From NCBI RefSeq assembly GCF_004010195.1, contig NC_057760.1, positions 2,566,709 to 2,630,708 of the forward strand: 64,000 nt of DNA, read 5' to 3'. Shown here one piece after another: positions 37,484-50,138 of this stretch. The stretch is from Chiloscyllium plagiosum (Eukaryota). The notes beneath the pieces were generated by a model. That model did not search any database and was not told the origin of the DNA. It worked only from the letters and a program-made list of their open reading frames with translations. The stretch's first letter is position 1. Each line of letters begins with the position of its first letter. Made by a program: the position numbers and the translations under genes.

Positions 37484-37630
37484 TGACTGTGATGCTGCAT
37501 TTCAACTGGGAGCAATAACCAAGCAGCTTGTGTAGCATCAGTGTTCTGCTACAGAAAGCAGCAATCTGAAGGCACGGGTGGCTCTTTGTAACAATCCTTG
37601 CCAAACTGGTAAGGAGTGGGAAGTTGCATA
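37484..37630 (+). other. ASH1L: 5' UTR part of ASH1L exon 2
   Basis: Acceptor: branch-like GCTGAC (37457-37462), pyrimidine tract TTTGTTTCTCTTCTTTTA, CAG ending 37483; in-frame TAA at 37610-37612 upstream of ATG 37631. Confidence 0.8.
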
Positions 37631-38074
37631 ATGGAGCAAAGAAATACCTTATTAGGATCTTTAAACCAGCCTTTGAGCATTGATGCAGAGGGCAACCCTG
37701 GAAAAAATACTCCAACTAATTGCAACAACAAAGTTGTTGGCAGGAGAGAGGGAGAGATAGATGGAGGTGCTTTGGAGGAAGAAGATGGTACGAATTGGAA
37801 GCAAGAGGGGGGAAAAGCTGCTGACTCGGGGCAAGAACTGGATCCACCAAACTCTGACCAGCAGCAATTCTCTGTCAAGGAGACAAATTTTGCAGAAGGC
37901 AGCCTGAAACTCAAAATTGGGTTGCAGCCCAAGAGAACTAAGAAACCCCCCAAAAACCTGGAGAATTACGTTTGTCGGCCTGCTATTAAAACAACCATCA
38001 AGCACTCACGGAACAAAATTTCCAGAAGTGGGAAAAGCACCGAGGAGAGAGAGGAAGAAAATGAGCTGAAACGG
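37631..38074 (+). CDS. ASH1L: Histone-lysine N-methyltransferase ASH1L, first coding exon (codons 1-148); the rest of the gene lies beyond the window
   Basis: MEQRNTLLG...[49 protein letters not shown] matches the ASH1L N-terminal block as I recall it (human [49 protein letters not shown]); Kozak ATAATGG; phase-0 donor CGG|GTAAGG at 38074/38075. Confidence 0.95.
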
Positions 38075-38722
38075 GTAAGGTCCCCACCATAACTAATAAG
38101 ACGCAATATCCGGTTGACTGTTTGTAATAAGTTTTTGATTTATTTCATCTTTTCTCTTGGAGCTTGCTTATCTGCCTGCAGGTTTGATTGGTTGAGTGAA
38201 ACCCTTCTTTCAACTCTTAATTTTGAGCAATCTGGTTAATGTAATATCTTGAACTCTGAACCAGGAAATAATAACCCTTGGGCTTGAAACAGAATGTCTT
38301 TACTCCAAAGTCAAATGACACCTTACGACTGTACTAGTGTTATCCAGTCTTCAGGTGTTCAGTGTCTTCATCCCTCAAAAACACAGCTACTGCCACAGAA
38401 ATTTTCCTCTAGCTATTTTGCCACCCAAACCCAGTGTCTTTGGTTGTTTGAGTGATATCTGAACATTGTACATACATCACAACCAACCTATTGCTTCCTT
38501 TTTTTTCAAAACTTTGGACTAAAATAAAATCGCTCCAGAGTATCAAAATGGCATTGCCCAAATCTTGACATTTCCCAGGATTTGAATAAGGTCTTTTAGA
38601 TAGCTAGAACTAATATACCCTCTATTACAAAATTGTGGCCATTTTTGTTTCTAACTTAAGATGTGCTTTTCTGATGGATTAATTTAAATTTGGAGGTTAC
38701 ATTAAAGTAGCAAAGGTATTTT

Positions 38723-38919
38723 AACAACAAATGCTGGAGATCACAGTGGGTCAGGCAGCATTCAGGAAGACAGAGCAAGCTAACATTTCAATTCCAGATC
38801 TCTGAAGAGTCATCTAGACTCAAACATGAGCTTGCGCTCTCTCCCTGAATGCTGTCTGACCTGCTGTGATCTCCAGCATTGTTGTTTTCAGTACAGATTT
38901 CAGCTTCTACAGCTACTAT
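38723..38919. mobile_element. Fold-back element of the 5866-5981 subfamily
   Basis: 17/17 inverted match 38730-38746 vs 38864-38880; GAAGAGTCATCTAGACTC stem; TSD CAAAGGTAT(T/C)TT at 38711-38722 and 38920-38931. Confidence 0.75.
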
Positions 38920-41900
38920 CAAAGGTATCTTCGCTCTTATGATAGAAAACACTCCTGGAAATGCCAAGTATCCTAAGCGCTTGAAGGAGAGGAGACTGAT
39001 TAACGATTTTTATGAAGAGTTCAAAACATAAACCTGAAAAGTCAGCAATGTATTTTCAGCTGAAAATAATTACTTCAGAATTGCAAGGTTACTTTGGCTG
39101 CTTGTCTCTATTTTGGTAATTTTGACAGCCAGTAATACTTTTAACCATCAATGCTCCAATTAGTTTGACATGTCGAGTCATGCTAGATGGAGTCAGCAGT
39201 TAAAACAGTATATTTCTTATATTTTGGAGAAATGGCTAATAATTCACTGGAATTCTGGGACTTGGGTCACAGACACTGGGACTTGGAGTTTGGGTCACAT
39301 GGATGCCCAGGCCTCATGGAAGCAGGTATCTTGCCTTGATGGGTCAAGTTTGTTACAATTGATAGATGCTGCACTTTGTGAATGGGATTGGAGCTGAGGT
39401 ACGGCAGAGTCAGGCACAGGTCCAGAGTGTGTGTTCTTGCTGACTAATGCTTATTCAGCAGTCTTGCATTGTCTGTGGATAATTTGTAGAATCAGACTTT
39501 TACTTGGTTGCAATTTGTATCTGTTAACTATTTATTTTACTAGGCGATGTACTGAAGTTTCTTTTTTCCAAAGTGTTTTGATTCTGTATTTGAGGGTGAA
39601 TATTTCGTAATGCATCACCTTGCCTTCCCAATGCAGGTATAACATTACCAGATGACAGAGTAACACTCTCTTCACCCATACCTCTTTTTAGCATATGCAT
39701 TAAAATTTTACAACAGCTCTGCTAGGCTTGTGTTCTTTCAGAATGTAATTGTTAATTTATTTACCAATTATTATGGGCTGCTTTGTATTGTCTTTGCTTT
39801 GAATCCGGAATTGACTCGAAATAGCTGCAGACTGACTTTGTATAGAATCATTAGCCTCTTCACTGCTGACTGACCTCTGACCTGTCTGGGCTGGATTGCA
39901 AGCTGATCCCAGATTTGAAGTAAAAGCGTTCAAAAATGAAACAACCGGTTTGTCTTGTCTTTTTTGTTTTTCTGGTAGTATATTAATCCAAAGCTGGACT
40001 TGATACTGCTTAATAGCCGCAAATCTGCAATGTGTGTTGGTTATCTGCTCTACCGTGTGTAGATTGTGGTGTGTAAGTCAACTCTGGTTATAAGCTGCAA
40101 CAACAAATCGTATCTGTTAACCCCCTCCGTTTCAACTTCACAATGAAGTGCTTGCTCAGTGTGTGGCCTCAAGTTTTCACAGAAGAAGTAAATGTTCTAC
40201 TTAGCTTGTACTGTAAATCAGCACATGGATCGAGCAGGCTGTAGGCTTTAAGTGACAAAAAGGATGCATGTGAGTTTGAGAGACTCTTGTGGAGCAGACC
40301 AAGCATGGCATGGCAAGTGATGAACAGAAGTAGGGCCCTCCAGTGAAATGAAAGGAGTGTTAAGCATATTCTGGGTGAAAATCATCATGTTTACTAATTT
40401 GTGTCTCGCTGCACCAAGGTAATTTGGCATTAGTGAAAATTGGTGTGAGATTGGCTGAAGGGCTCTGCCCTGAAGACCTGAAGAAGACACTCCACGTCAT
40501 GGAAAATATCAGAACGGAGACCAGCCACCATCCTGATCGTGAGACTTGTGTATTGCGGCAGATCCTCGAAAATCGTCATGCTGCATTTCTGGAACCAAGG
40601 TATACATACACAATCGGTCCAAGTCAGAACCCAAGTCCAGCAAAGCTTGTAGAACAAGCAGTTAGTTGTTTAGCCATTTTAATGGGATGAAACAATCAAA
40701 TGTTGTGGCAAAAGGCCAAAATTGTACAGATGCTTAAAAAAAGACCTTGACAAAATTACTAGTTTCTATGATTCTTCATCAGACCGTGGTGAAAATGAGA
40801 ATCCTAACTGAATTTGCCATCGGTGTGGCTATTAGAAGCAAGCCTGGAGATTTGCAAAAGAGAATTCTCTGATTTCAGTCAGCCCTTGGCTGGTTGTGGT
40901 CCGTTTGAACTCAGCAGTGATAGTTGCAATCGCAGTAAGCACTCCATCCAGATGCAGTAACATAATGACATTCAGCATGAATCAACACGGCTGTGCCATG
41001 TACTGCGCTGATGAGTGTTACTGCTGCCTGTTTCTTGTCCTGCCAGGAACTACGACTGAGCCTCATTGACCTTGAGTGAGACCGCGAGGTTAAAAGAACC
41101 AGGAGGGTAAAGGAGCATGAGCAATTTAAAAGTAACTGTCCAAACTTTAGTGCCCAAGTATGCTTGGAAAATTCATTCTATCACCAATATTGTGTGCCAG
41201 CTGCAAAAACTTTGTGTTGATTCCCAGCTGAGAGAATGACAAGAGTTGGAGTAAGTATTTCCCATGAGGACACTGCATTTTGGAGAAATGCAGCAGGAAT
41301 ATGGTAAAGGGTGTTGGAGTAGTGGCAGGGGAGCTAATGGAGTGGCTCTTTGAAAGAACCATCGCAGACAAAGTGGGCCAAAAGTGGGTGAAAGATGTAT
41401 GTACTTGTAACAGGGAAGGAAAATAGCCCATCTGAAGGCTTGGATTAATATCGGACTGTCCATACAGATTTAAAAATTAACTGGTGGGATTTAATTATAT
41501 TGAAGAGTGGAGAAAATCATTGTGTAGGGGGAAAGGAAATGTTTCATACATTAATATTTGAGACTGCACTTGATATTATACTGCAGAAGAGGGTGATAGT
41601 AGTATCTGGTATTAAAAAACAATGTAGCCACCTGGAGAAGGCTAGAGAACAAAAATGTTGTAGTCGCAAGGGATCTTTGCAGGAGGAGTTGTATGAAGTT
41701 TATAAAAGTGATTTGAATGTAGATATAAGCAAAATACTAGTGCAGTTTCCTGATGGAATAAATTAAGGAGCATGCTGATTTATAACACTGGAGGTTGTGG
41801 ATGAATGTAGATTGGTTTTGTATATGTAGAGAAAAAGTAGAGTATGCATTTTGGGAGGGAAAGAACAATGAGGCAGTATAATTTAAATGGTTAGGATTCT

Positions 41901-42049
41901 TAATGAGATATTGAAATCTCAGTAATACAGATGTGTTGTTTTGAAAGAAGGAAGACTGGTAGAAAAGGTCATGAAAAGGCAAATATTTTTCTAGCCACCT
42001 TAAGATGCTGTTTACGATCTGGAACTTCGTACGTTTTCGTTTGGAATAG

Positions 42050-42870
42050 TCCAAGCAGGTTGGAAGTTAGCAAATACAACACTGCTATGCCCGAAAGGAA
42101 GGAGGGAGAAAACTGGGAACTAGCAGTTAGATTGACATAATTGGTTAAGAAAATGCTGAAATCTATTATCAAGTCTCAACAATGTGCTTGCAGAGTCAGG
42201 CAAAGCTAACAACATGGTTTCATGAAAAGAAAGTTGTATTTAATTGCGTAATTAGGGTAGTTGAGGGATAGAAAATGCAGTGTACTTAGATTTCCAAAAG
42301 GTGTTCAGCAACACACAGTACTAAAGGTTACTATGCAAGTCAAGAACCTGAAAACTGGGATAATATGTGGAAGTACACAGGTTAATGAATAGGAAGAGTT
42401 AAGTAGCGATGAAAGGTCATTTTCAGTTGGTAGGTTGTAACTAATGGAGTGCCACAAGTAACAATGCTGTGGCTATGGCTATTTCCAGTCTATATCAATG
42501 ATTTAGTGAGGTCACAGAGAATGAGGTATCCAAGTTCACAGGCAACGCAAAGTTATGTGTAGACCAAGAGAAAGACAGACTGCAAAGTGGTATAGCCTGG
42601 TTAAATGGGTGACAAAGTGAGGTGGCAAATGGACTCTAATTCAGGAAATTGCAAAATTATTTACTTTTTTTGGCGGTAAGAAATCAAGAATGTTTTTTAA
42701 AAAGGTATGAAACTTTTAAAAGTTGTTCCGAGATCTATGGATATGCTTGTACAAGCAATACCTGCAAACACAAACAACAAGCAATGAGAAAGTCAAATGA
42801 TGTGGTGTTCTGTGCTGCAGGAGAGTAAAACTTCAGGAAGCAAGCTCTGTTAAAATTATATAGGGTTTTG
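42050..42870 (+). mobile_element. Heavily decayed CR1 RT fragment
   Basis: TACTTAGATTTCCAAAAGG (YLDFQK), GGAGTGCCACAAG (GVPQ) and YINDL remnants. Confidence 0.65.
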
Positions 42871-43834
42871 AGGGAAGGATGTAGGGGGATGGGGGTGGAA
42901 GAATGAGGCATATTATGGGAGGACACATTTGGTTGTGATGGAATGTCAGGAGGGAATGTGAGGAGGATTGTCTGAGTTGCAGAGAATTGGGACAGAAAGG
43001 AAGCCCAGAGGTCATGGTTGGAGTGTGAGAGATGTGTGGGGTTGGAGTGTCGGGAAGGGTGTGATTAGAGCAGTGGAAAGTAAGGAATTCAAAGCGGAGT
43101 TGTGTGATGAGGGGCCAGGAGAGGGGGACTGAGTTTTTAGAAGATTTATTGAATTAGCTGTGTGTCGGGGGCAGCAGTGGTGGAGGAAGCACCAAGGGAA
43201 TTTCAGGGGTTGGGAGTGGTGTGAAATACTTAAATGGGATAGTAGAGAGCGAGTTTCCGAAGGAGAGTGAACAGTTTTAAACAACGGAATACTGAGAAAA
43301 CATTAATCACGCGAGGTGATGAATTACTCGCAAATGAATGCAGAATCTCTAGATTCAGGCTACATGTTCTTCAGGAGCTAATATGGAAGATAATGTAGGG
43401 GGTCCTATTGTAATGAACATTCTCAATTCTTAGCTTTGCGCATATATGATGAAGTGGATTAAAACTTTGACCGTGCCAGTTTATGGAAGGTGTGTTTTGG
43501 GTGATAACATTTGATTATGTAGATGTCAGTTATTTAAAAAAGATTTCTGCTCTCTTCTAGATATTTTATGCAATGTTAATTATTGCAGTGTCCAAAAACT
43601 TGATGGTTTTTTTGTGTGCTGTGACTTTTTTAAAATGAATTGTTGTAGAAGATATTGATCAATTTTTCTAATTCTGTGATTGTTAGTGTCCTTATATACC
43701 AAATGTCAACAAACAAACAGAAGGTACTGTTGCTACATGACTGCATCACACAATGGAGAAGTTAGTAAGGATGAAAGAGTAGCTTTTGAGAAAACCAAGA
43801 AGTAGTCCTTGAGATAATGTCAAGGAGAACTTGA

Positions 43835-44550
43835 GAATGTAAGAAACAGGAGTTGGAGTGGCCTGTTCAGCCCCTCAACCCTGCCCTATCATTCAGTAGG
43901 ATCATAGCTGATCTGCCCCAGGTTTCAAATAATCTTTCATGCCATTTCCTCTTAACTCTCAACTCAATATTTGGAAAGTTTATCCAACTCCTCTTCATAC
44001 TTTCAATGATCTAGCCTCTGGAACTCTCTGGGATCATCATCTCCCACGTGGGAGAAGAAGATCCTTTTGCATCTCAGTTTTAAATGAATGTCCCTTTGTT
44101 CCACATTTGAGATTCGCTCACTAGTGGAAATATCTTCTAAACATATATCCTTTGTACCCCTTCAAAATCTTGAATGCTTTAATAAGATTACTTTGTTTTT
44201 CCTAAACTAGTGAATGAAGACTGAATCTATTTAGTCATTAAGTCCCCCATCTCCAGAATTACCTCTGTGAATTGCCAATGAATTTCCTGTAACAACTGGG
44301 TATCTTTTTATTAAATGAGGGCCAGAACTGCATGCAGTACTCCAGGTGTAGCCTCATAAATACAATGTTCAGCGCAACAAAATTTCCCTATTTTTAAACC
44401 CCAACCCAAAGGTCAAAACTGCAATTGCTACCTTAATGACTTGCTGCACTGACATGTTAATGTTTTATGTCGTGCACAAGAATGCACAAATCCCTCTGTG
44501 CTGCATTTTTTGGAGTCTGTCTCCATTAAATAATAGCTTGCCTATTCTGT
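43835..44550 (-). mobile_element. Decayed CR1 3' fragment
   Basis: Tail AAGAAACAGGAGTTGGAGTGGCC; CAGAACTGCATGCAGTACTCCAGGTGT (HLEYCMQF on minus strand). Confidence 0.7.
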
Positions 44551-44839
44551 AAAGAAACTTTGGAGCCCTCAAAAGAAAATATTTTATACCTTGCTGAATA
44601 TGTTTGAGCTTGGGAACATAGAAGGCTCTGAGGGAGCTTTTCAGGCTCAACACAGGATGTTTCCTACATTTGGGAACACTTAAGACAGTCTCAGGATAAG
44701 TTGCCAAGATGAGGGGCAATTTCATCAGAGTTGTGGGTTGATTTGTAGACTTAAAGCTGAGGCAAAGAATTTTAATATCAAGGCCTATGGGAAACAGGAT
44801 GGGAAAGTAGACTTGAGGCAGAAGGGAAAGTAGACTTGA

Positions 44840-46435
44840 GCACAGGAGTTGGAATGTCATGTTACAGCTGTATAAAACCTTGGTAAAGCCACATTTGGAG
44901 CACTGCATTACAAATCTGGTCAAGCTGCCACAGGAAGGATAATATTAAACTGGAAAGGTGTAGAAAAGACTTACAAGGATGTTACCATGACTCAGTTTGC
45001 AGATGACCCCAAAATTGGAGGTGTAGTGGACAGCAAAGAAGGTTACCTCAGAGTACAACAGGACTTTGGTCAGCTGGACCAATGGGCCGAAGAGTGATAG
45101 ATGGAGTTTAATTTAAATGTGAGGTGCTGTGTTTTGGAAAGACAAGTCAAGGCAGGACTTATACACTTAATGTTAAGGTCCTGGGGAATGTTGCTGAACA
45201 AGCACACCTCTGAGTTCAGGTTCATCCTTCCTTGAAAGTGGAGTCGCAGGTAATCAAGTTAGTGAAGGTGTTTGGTATGCTTGCTTTTATTGTTCAGTGC
45301 ATTGAATATAGCAGTTGGAAGGTCGTGTTGCAGCTGTATAGGACATTGGTTAGGCTACTGTTGGAGTACTGTGTTCAATTCTGGTCTCTCTGCTACAGGA
45401 AGGATGTTGTGAAAGTTGAAAGGGTTCAGGAAAGATTTACAAGGATGTTGCCAGGGTTGGAGAGATGAACTATAGGAAGAGGCTGAATAAGTCGTGGGGC
45501 TGTTTTCCCTGGACCGTCAGAGGCTGAGAGGTGACCTTATAGAGGTTTATAAAATGAGGGGCATGGACAGGGTGAATAGGCAAGTCTTTTCCTTGGGGTA
45601 GGGGAGTCCAAAACTAGAGGGCATAGGTTTAAAGTGAGAGGGGAAAGATTTATAAGGGACCTGAGGGGCAATGTCTTCTCGCAGAGACTGGTGTATGTAT
45701 GGAATGAGCTGCCAGAGGAAGTGGTGGAGGCTGGTACAATTACAACACTTATAAGGCATCTGGATGGGTATATGGATAGGAAGGGTTTTGAGGGATAGGG
45801 GTCAAATGCTGGCAGATGGGACTAGATTCGGTTGGGATATCTGGTTGGCATGGGCAAGTTGGACTGACAGGCCTGTTCCTGTGCTGTATAACAGAAAGGT
45901 TTGAATGGTAAGGAGAGGTTGAAGAGACATATGACTTTGTTTCCTGTGGTGTAGGAGACTGAGGGGTGACCTCAAAATCATGAGGGGCATGGAAAGGATG
46001 AATAGACAAGGTGGGGAAATCTAAAATTAGAGGGCATAGTTTTAAGGTGAGAGGCGAAGATTGAAAACGGACCTGGGGGCAACTTTTTCCACGCATAGGT
46101 TGATGCATAAATGGAGTGAGGTGTTGGAGGAAGTTGGGGAAATCTAAAATTAGAGGGCATAGTTTTAAGGTGAGAGGCGAAGATTGAAAAGGGACCTGGG
46201 GGCAACTTTTTCGAACGCATAGGTTGATGCATAAATGGAGTGAGGTGTTGGAGGAAGTCAGAGGTGGGTACAAATACAACCTTCAAAAGACATTTGGGTA
46301 GTTACATGGATAGTAAAAGAGTATAGGGACATGGGCCAAAAACAGGCAAATAGGACCTGTTCAGTTTAAGAAACCTAGTCAACATGGACAAGTTCGGCCA
46401 AAGGGCCTCTTATTGTGCTGTATACCTCTGACTGT
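44840..46435 (+). mobile_element. Cluster of CR1 3' fragments, including a ~123-bp internal tandem duplication (46012-46258)
   Basis: LQLYRTLVRLLLEYCVQFWS..TRMLPGLE; duplicated unit read directly. Confidence 0.85.
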
Positions 46436-46782
46436 AAGAGGGGCCATGATTTGAATTGAATGGCAGCAATTTTCTGGGGTGGTTAAATGGTCCACTTGTC
46501 CTATTTCATAAATTTGTGATTTTTCTTTGAACACAGGGCTGTCTGGATTTAAGTAGATGCAATGTATATTGGTCTTAAAATCAAAAGTTTACTTTATTTG
46601 GTGAATTGGTAACAAGGTATAGCAGATTTTAAATCGAAATTGTGTTAAAGATATATTTCCTTTTCACATGTAATTGAGCATGGATTATTTACAGCAATTA
46701 CAAATGAATATGGACACCAAGATTTAAATGGAAAGAGGATAAAAACTTTAAAAGGAAGCATACAAAAATTATCGGGGAATGG

Positions 46783-47012
46783 CCGACTGTCTGTGTGGAG
46801 TTTGCACATTTTCCCCGTGTCTCTCTCGGTCTCCTCCCACAGTCCAAAGATGTGTCTGCGAAATTGCCTGTAGTGTCCAGGGATGTTCAGGCGAGGTGGA
46901 TTAGCCATGGGAACTGTAAGGTTACAGGGATTGAGTGGGTTTGGATGGGATGCTCGTCAGAGGGTTGCTGTGGAGTCCATGGGCTGAATCGCCTGCTTCT
47001 GCACTAGGAATT
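46783..47012 (+). mobile_element. HE1-type SINE lacking its head
   Basis: CGACTGTCTGTGTGGAGTTTGCACATTTTCCCCGTG V-domain. Confidence 0.75.
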
Positions 47013-49814
47013 CTGTAAGATGGTTTCACTTGAACAGCTAGAACTAATGCAGGTATGGTTTGTGAAAGAGTCTTGTGAGATGTACTTTGAAATTATCAGA
47101 GAGCTGACCAGTTGACTTTTTTTTCTCAAGGCATTGTCTGAGAAGAATTTTGTGACTAAAATTTCTGTTTTCCTTATTCTGGGATAGCAATGTATTAATG
47201 TTACCTTTGCAACTTTGACACAATAACCACACTGCATTATTTCAAATTCGTGAGGTGCACAAGAAAACCCATCAAGTTGCAAATGTTGTTAGTCATTGTT
47301 CTGTTCTGTCTTCTCCTAGTGATGTACAATTTTGTCTTTACAAATGCTAAATTTATCTTAGTGACGATTGGTTATCTCACTTGTTGGACACCAGATTTAG
47401 TTTTGAATGATTTCCTAGAGTATACGAGTTATTTCAAAGTATTTGTTAGTAATCAGTGAGTTGTCTATAACTGAGTGTATGTTTGTTTTTGTTGTCCTAC
47501 GCATATCTCACTTTATTTTGTAATCCTTCACTGATAAATTCAGCAAGGAGAATCTGGTTGAAACAATGCCAAAATCGTTATAATAGAAGATCCATTGTGT
47601 AGGGGAGATGCTGGAGGCAGCATTAGAATAAAAATACTACAGCGAATTTTTACTATTTTTAGGAAGTTATCCATCCTTTTAAGTTGTGCTTCATACATAA
47701 CTATTCTTTACGTAAGGAAGGGATTCAAGCTGATAAGCTAGAAGCGTTGTTGGTTGAGATTTGTGATTTGAAGAGGGAATGAAATTTTCTTCCCCCTCTG
47801 GATTGCCTCTGTTTGTTTCTGTTATCCACATCACGATTCACTTCCATAATCAGTGTTCACTTGTGGCTGGAAAGTAGAAATATTTATTTCCAATTGTGTG
47901 ATATTTGAACAAAAGCAAGATGAGAAAATCTTGTGTAGCTGTTTTCCCTCACAAAGCTCTCTGGAACATTGTCTCTTTTTTTTCCATTGTACCCAAAATG
48001 TAAATTGTGCAATGGTTTGAATGTAGTGTTTAAACATAACTTATTCTGAAATTAACATAGATTGATTATCAAACCAAAAGGCACCTGGATAAGTACTATT
48101 TTGTCACTGGTGTTTCAATGACTGCAATGGTGAAACTGTGTATATTTGTTCTGCAACTTGTACGGTAGGACAAATTTTGGAAGTAAACAACAAAATGGAA
48201 ATATGTATTATCCGCATTTCAATGGTGATGAGCATTCTGCAATAGTTATTGGTCCTGTCATTTCAAACATTCATTGTTACAGACCATTTTGACCACTAGG
48301 TTAGTGTGCTGAGGTTATGGTCTGTTACTATAATCTTGCTAGTGCACACTCATAATTCCTCCCATGGCCCTCCAGCATAAATGCTCATCTACAAATGAGA
48401 CATGAAACAAGAGCATGACAGACAAAAGGTGTAGTTTCACTCTTCCTCAGCTATTGGTTAAACATTCTCATCCCAACTGAATGGAATCTTGTTGCTTTCA
48501 AGTCCAATATAAATATTGAATGAAGTGGTTTTCAGTGTATCTTTACAAGAAAGTAAATTGCTTTTGAAATATAATAAATGCAAGAGTATGTGGGTCAGCT
48601 GTTATCATTGGTCTTTCTTGGACAGTTTCCTATGGGATTGCCCCCACTTGTCAGATTGAATCTAGTTAATGTGGTATTTAGTGTAGGTAGACAGATGACT
48701 CATTAGTGGTTTGTTGATTCTCTTGATAGTGTTGTGTGCTGAAATAATAGACACCGGAAATGATTGACCTGCTAGTTGACTGGTTGTTCAACAGAGACCC
48801 AGGAAATTCTTTTAGGACTGGATCAATGTTAGATGATGAGTTACTATAAACAGGGTGACCTGTCTGTTTGTATAAGTAAGCAGAAGTGGTTTAGAGTAGC
48901 ACATACTCATTGAATTGCTCAGAGTCCTGTATTGAATCCCTGTATAAACAACTTTCTTTAAGAAAAGGAAATAGTTTGGTAAAGTTTCCAGTAGTTTTTA
49001 GTGTTTTTCTTTTCCTCTGCTTTGCTTTGAAGTTGCTGAAGTTCTGCTCTGATTTGGCAATTCTGGGGTAGTTTGCATGTCATTTTCCAACTTCAGACAA
49101 TTTTGCTGGTGGACACTGCTTTAATGAATCCGTCCTTCCTATTGCCATACATTTATTCTTGCTCATGTGGGCCCTTAGATTGAGATATTTAAATTGAGAC
49201 ATGCTAGTTAGCAACTGTCTCTGGGATTTTTGGAACACTCTAGGCTTTTGTAACATTGAATCTCTTACCTCTTCCATGGTCAACTCCAATTTTCTTTGGA
49301 AAAGTTAAACATTTGCATGTGTTGGTGAGCATCAGTGCAGTTCTTGAGTATACATGCATGCCCAGCCAACTTCAAAATGCTGTATAGTTGAATAAATTTA
49401 TGGTTAAGAATTCTGGAAAGTAGGCCAATATTCAGCCTTTATTTTAAAGTCACCTATTCTTTTGTCTGTAATTGTGATATGAGTAGACTATAAATCAAGT
49501 GTTTACTGAATTTTTAGCAGCTTGTGTAGGTGTTTCACTAGTCAAGTTTCATGTCATGCTTGAAAAATAAGCATAGCTATTTGATAAGTTGCATGTGAAA
49601 AAGCTAAATTGGTCTGACTCCTGGTTATTGATAGAAATTGAAATAATCAGCAAAGTGATATCCTAGGCTGCATCACGTGAGGTCGAGGGTTAAAGGCTGA
49701 GTCCCCTGGACCTAATGGCATTGATACACTGGTATTAGATGCTGTACAGACTTTGGAGACAGTCCAGAGAAAGTTCACTAGGCTGACAAAGGGTTTGGAA
49801 GAACTGCCTTATTT

Positions 49815-50138
49815 TTTATTCACTCATGGGATGAGGACATTGCTGGCTAGGCCAGAATTGCTCAGAGGGTAGTTAAGAGTCAATTACATGGCTGTGGATC
49901 TGGAGTCACATGTAGGCCTGATCAGGTAAGGATGACCGTTTGCTTCCCTGAAGGACTTTAATGAACCAGATGGGTTTTTCCAACAATGAATTCCTGCTCA
50001 TCATTAGATCCTTAATTCCAGATTTTTTGTTGAATTCAAATTCCACCATCTGCTGTGGCAAGGTTTGAACCTGGGTCTTCAGAACATGACCTGGGTGTCT
50101 GGATTAACAGCCAAGTGATAGCACTAGGCCATTGCCAC
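49815..50138 (-). mobile_element. tRNA-derived SINE (non-HE1 family) inserted in a CR1 fragment (49720-50560)
   Basis: Minus-strand head GGCAATGGCCTAGTG..CCAGGTTCAAACCTTGCC; tail shared with the LINE ends at 6241 and 53570. Confidence 0.7.

Noticed and set aside
37616..38092. Stand-alone 158-aa protein ending VRSPP*
   Set aside because: The GTG start and the tail after 38074 are ORF-caller extensions; the good donor at 38075 indicates a spliced ASH1L exon
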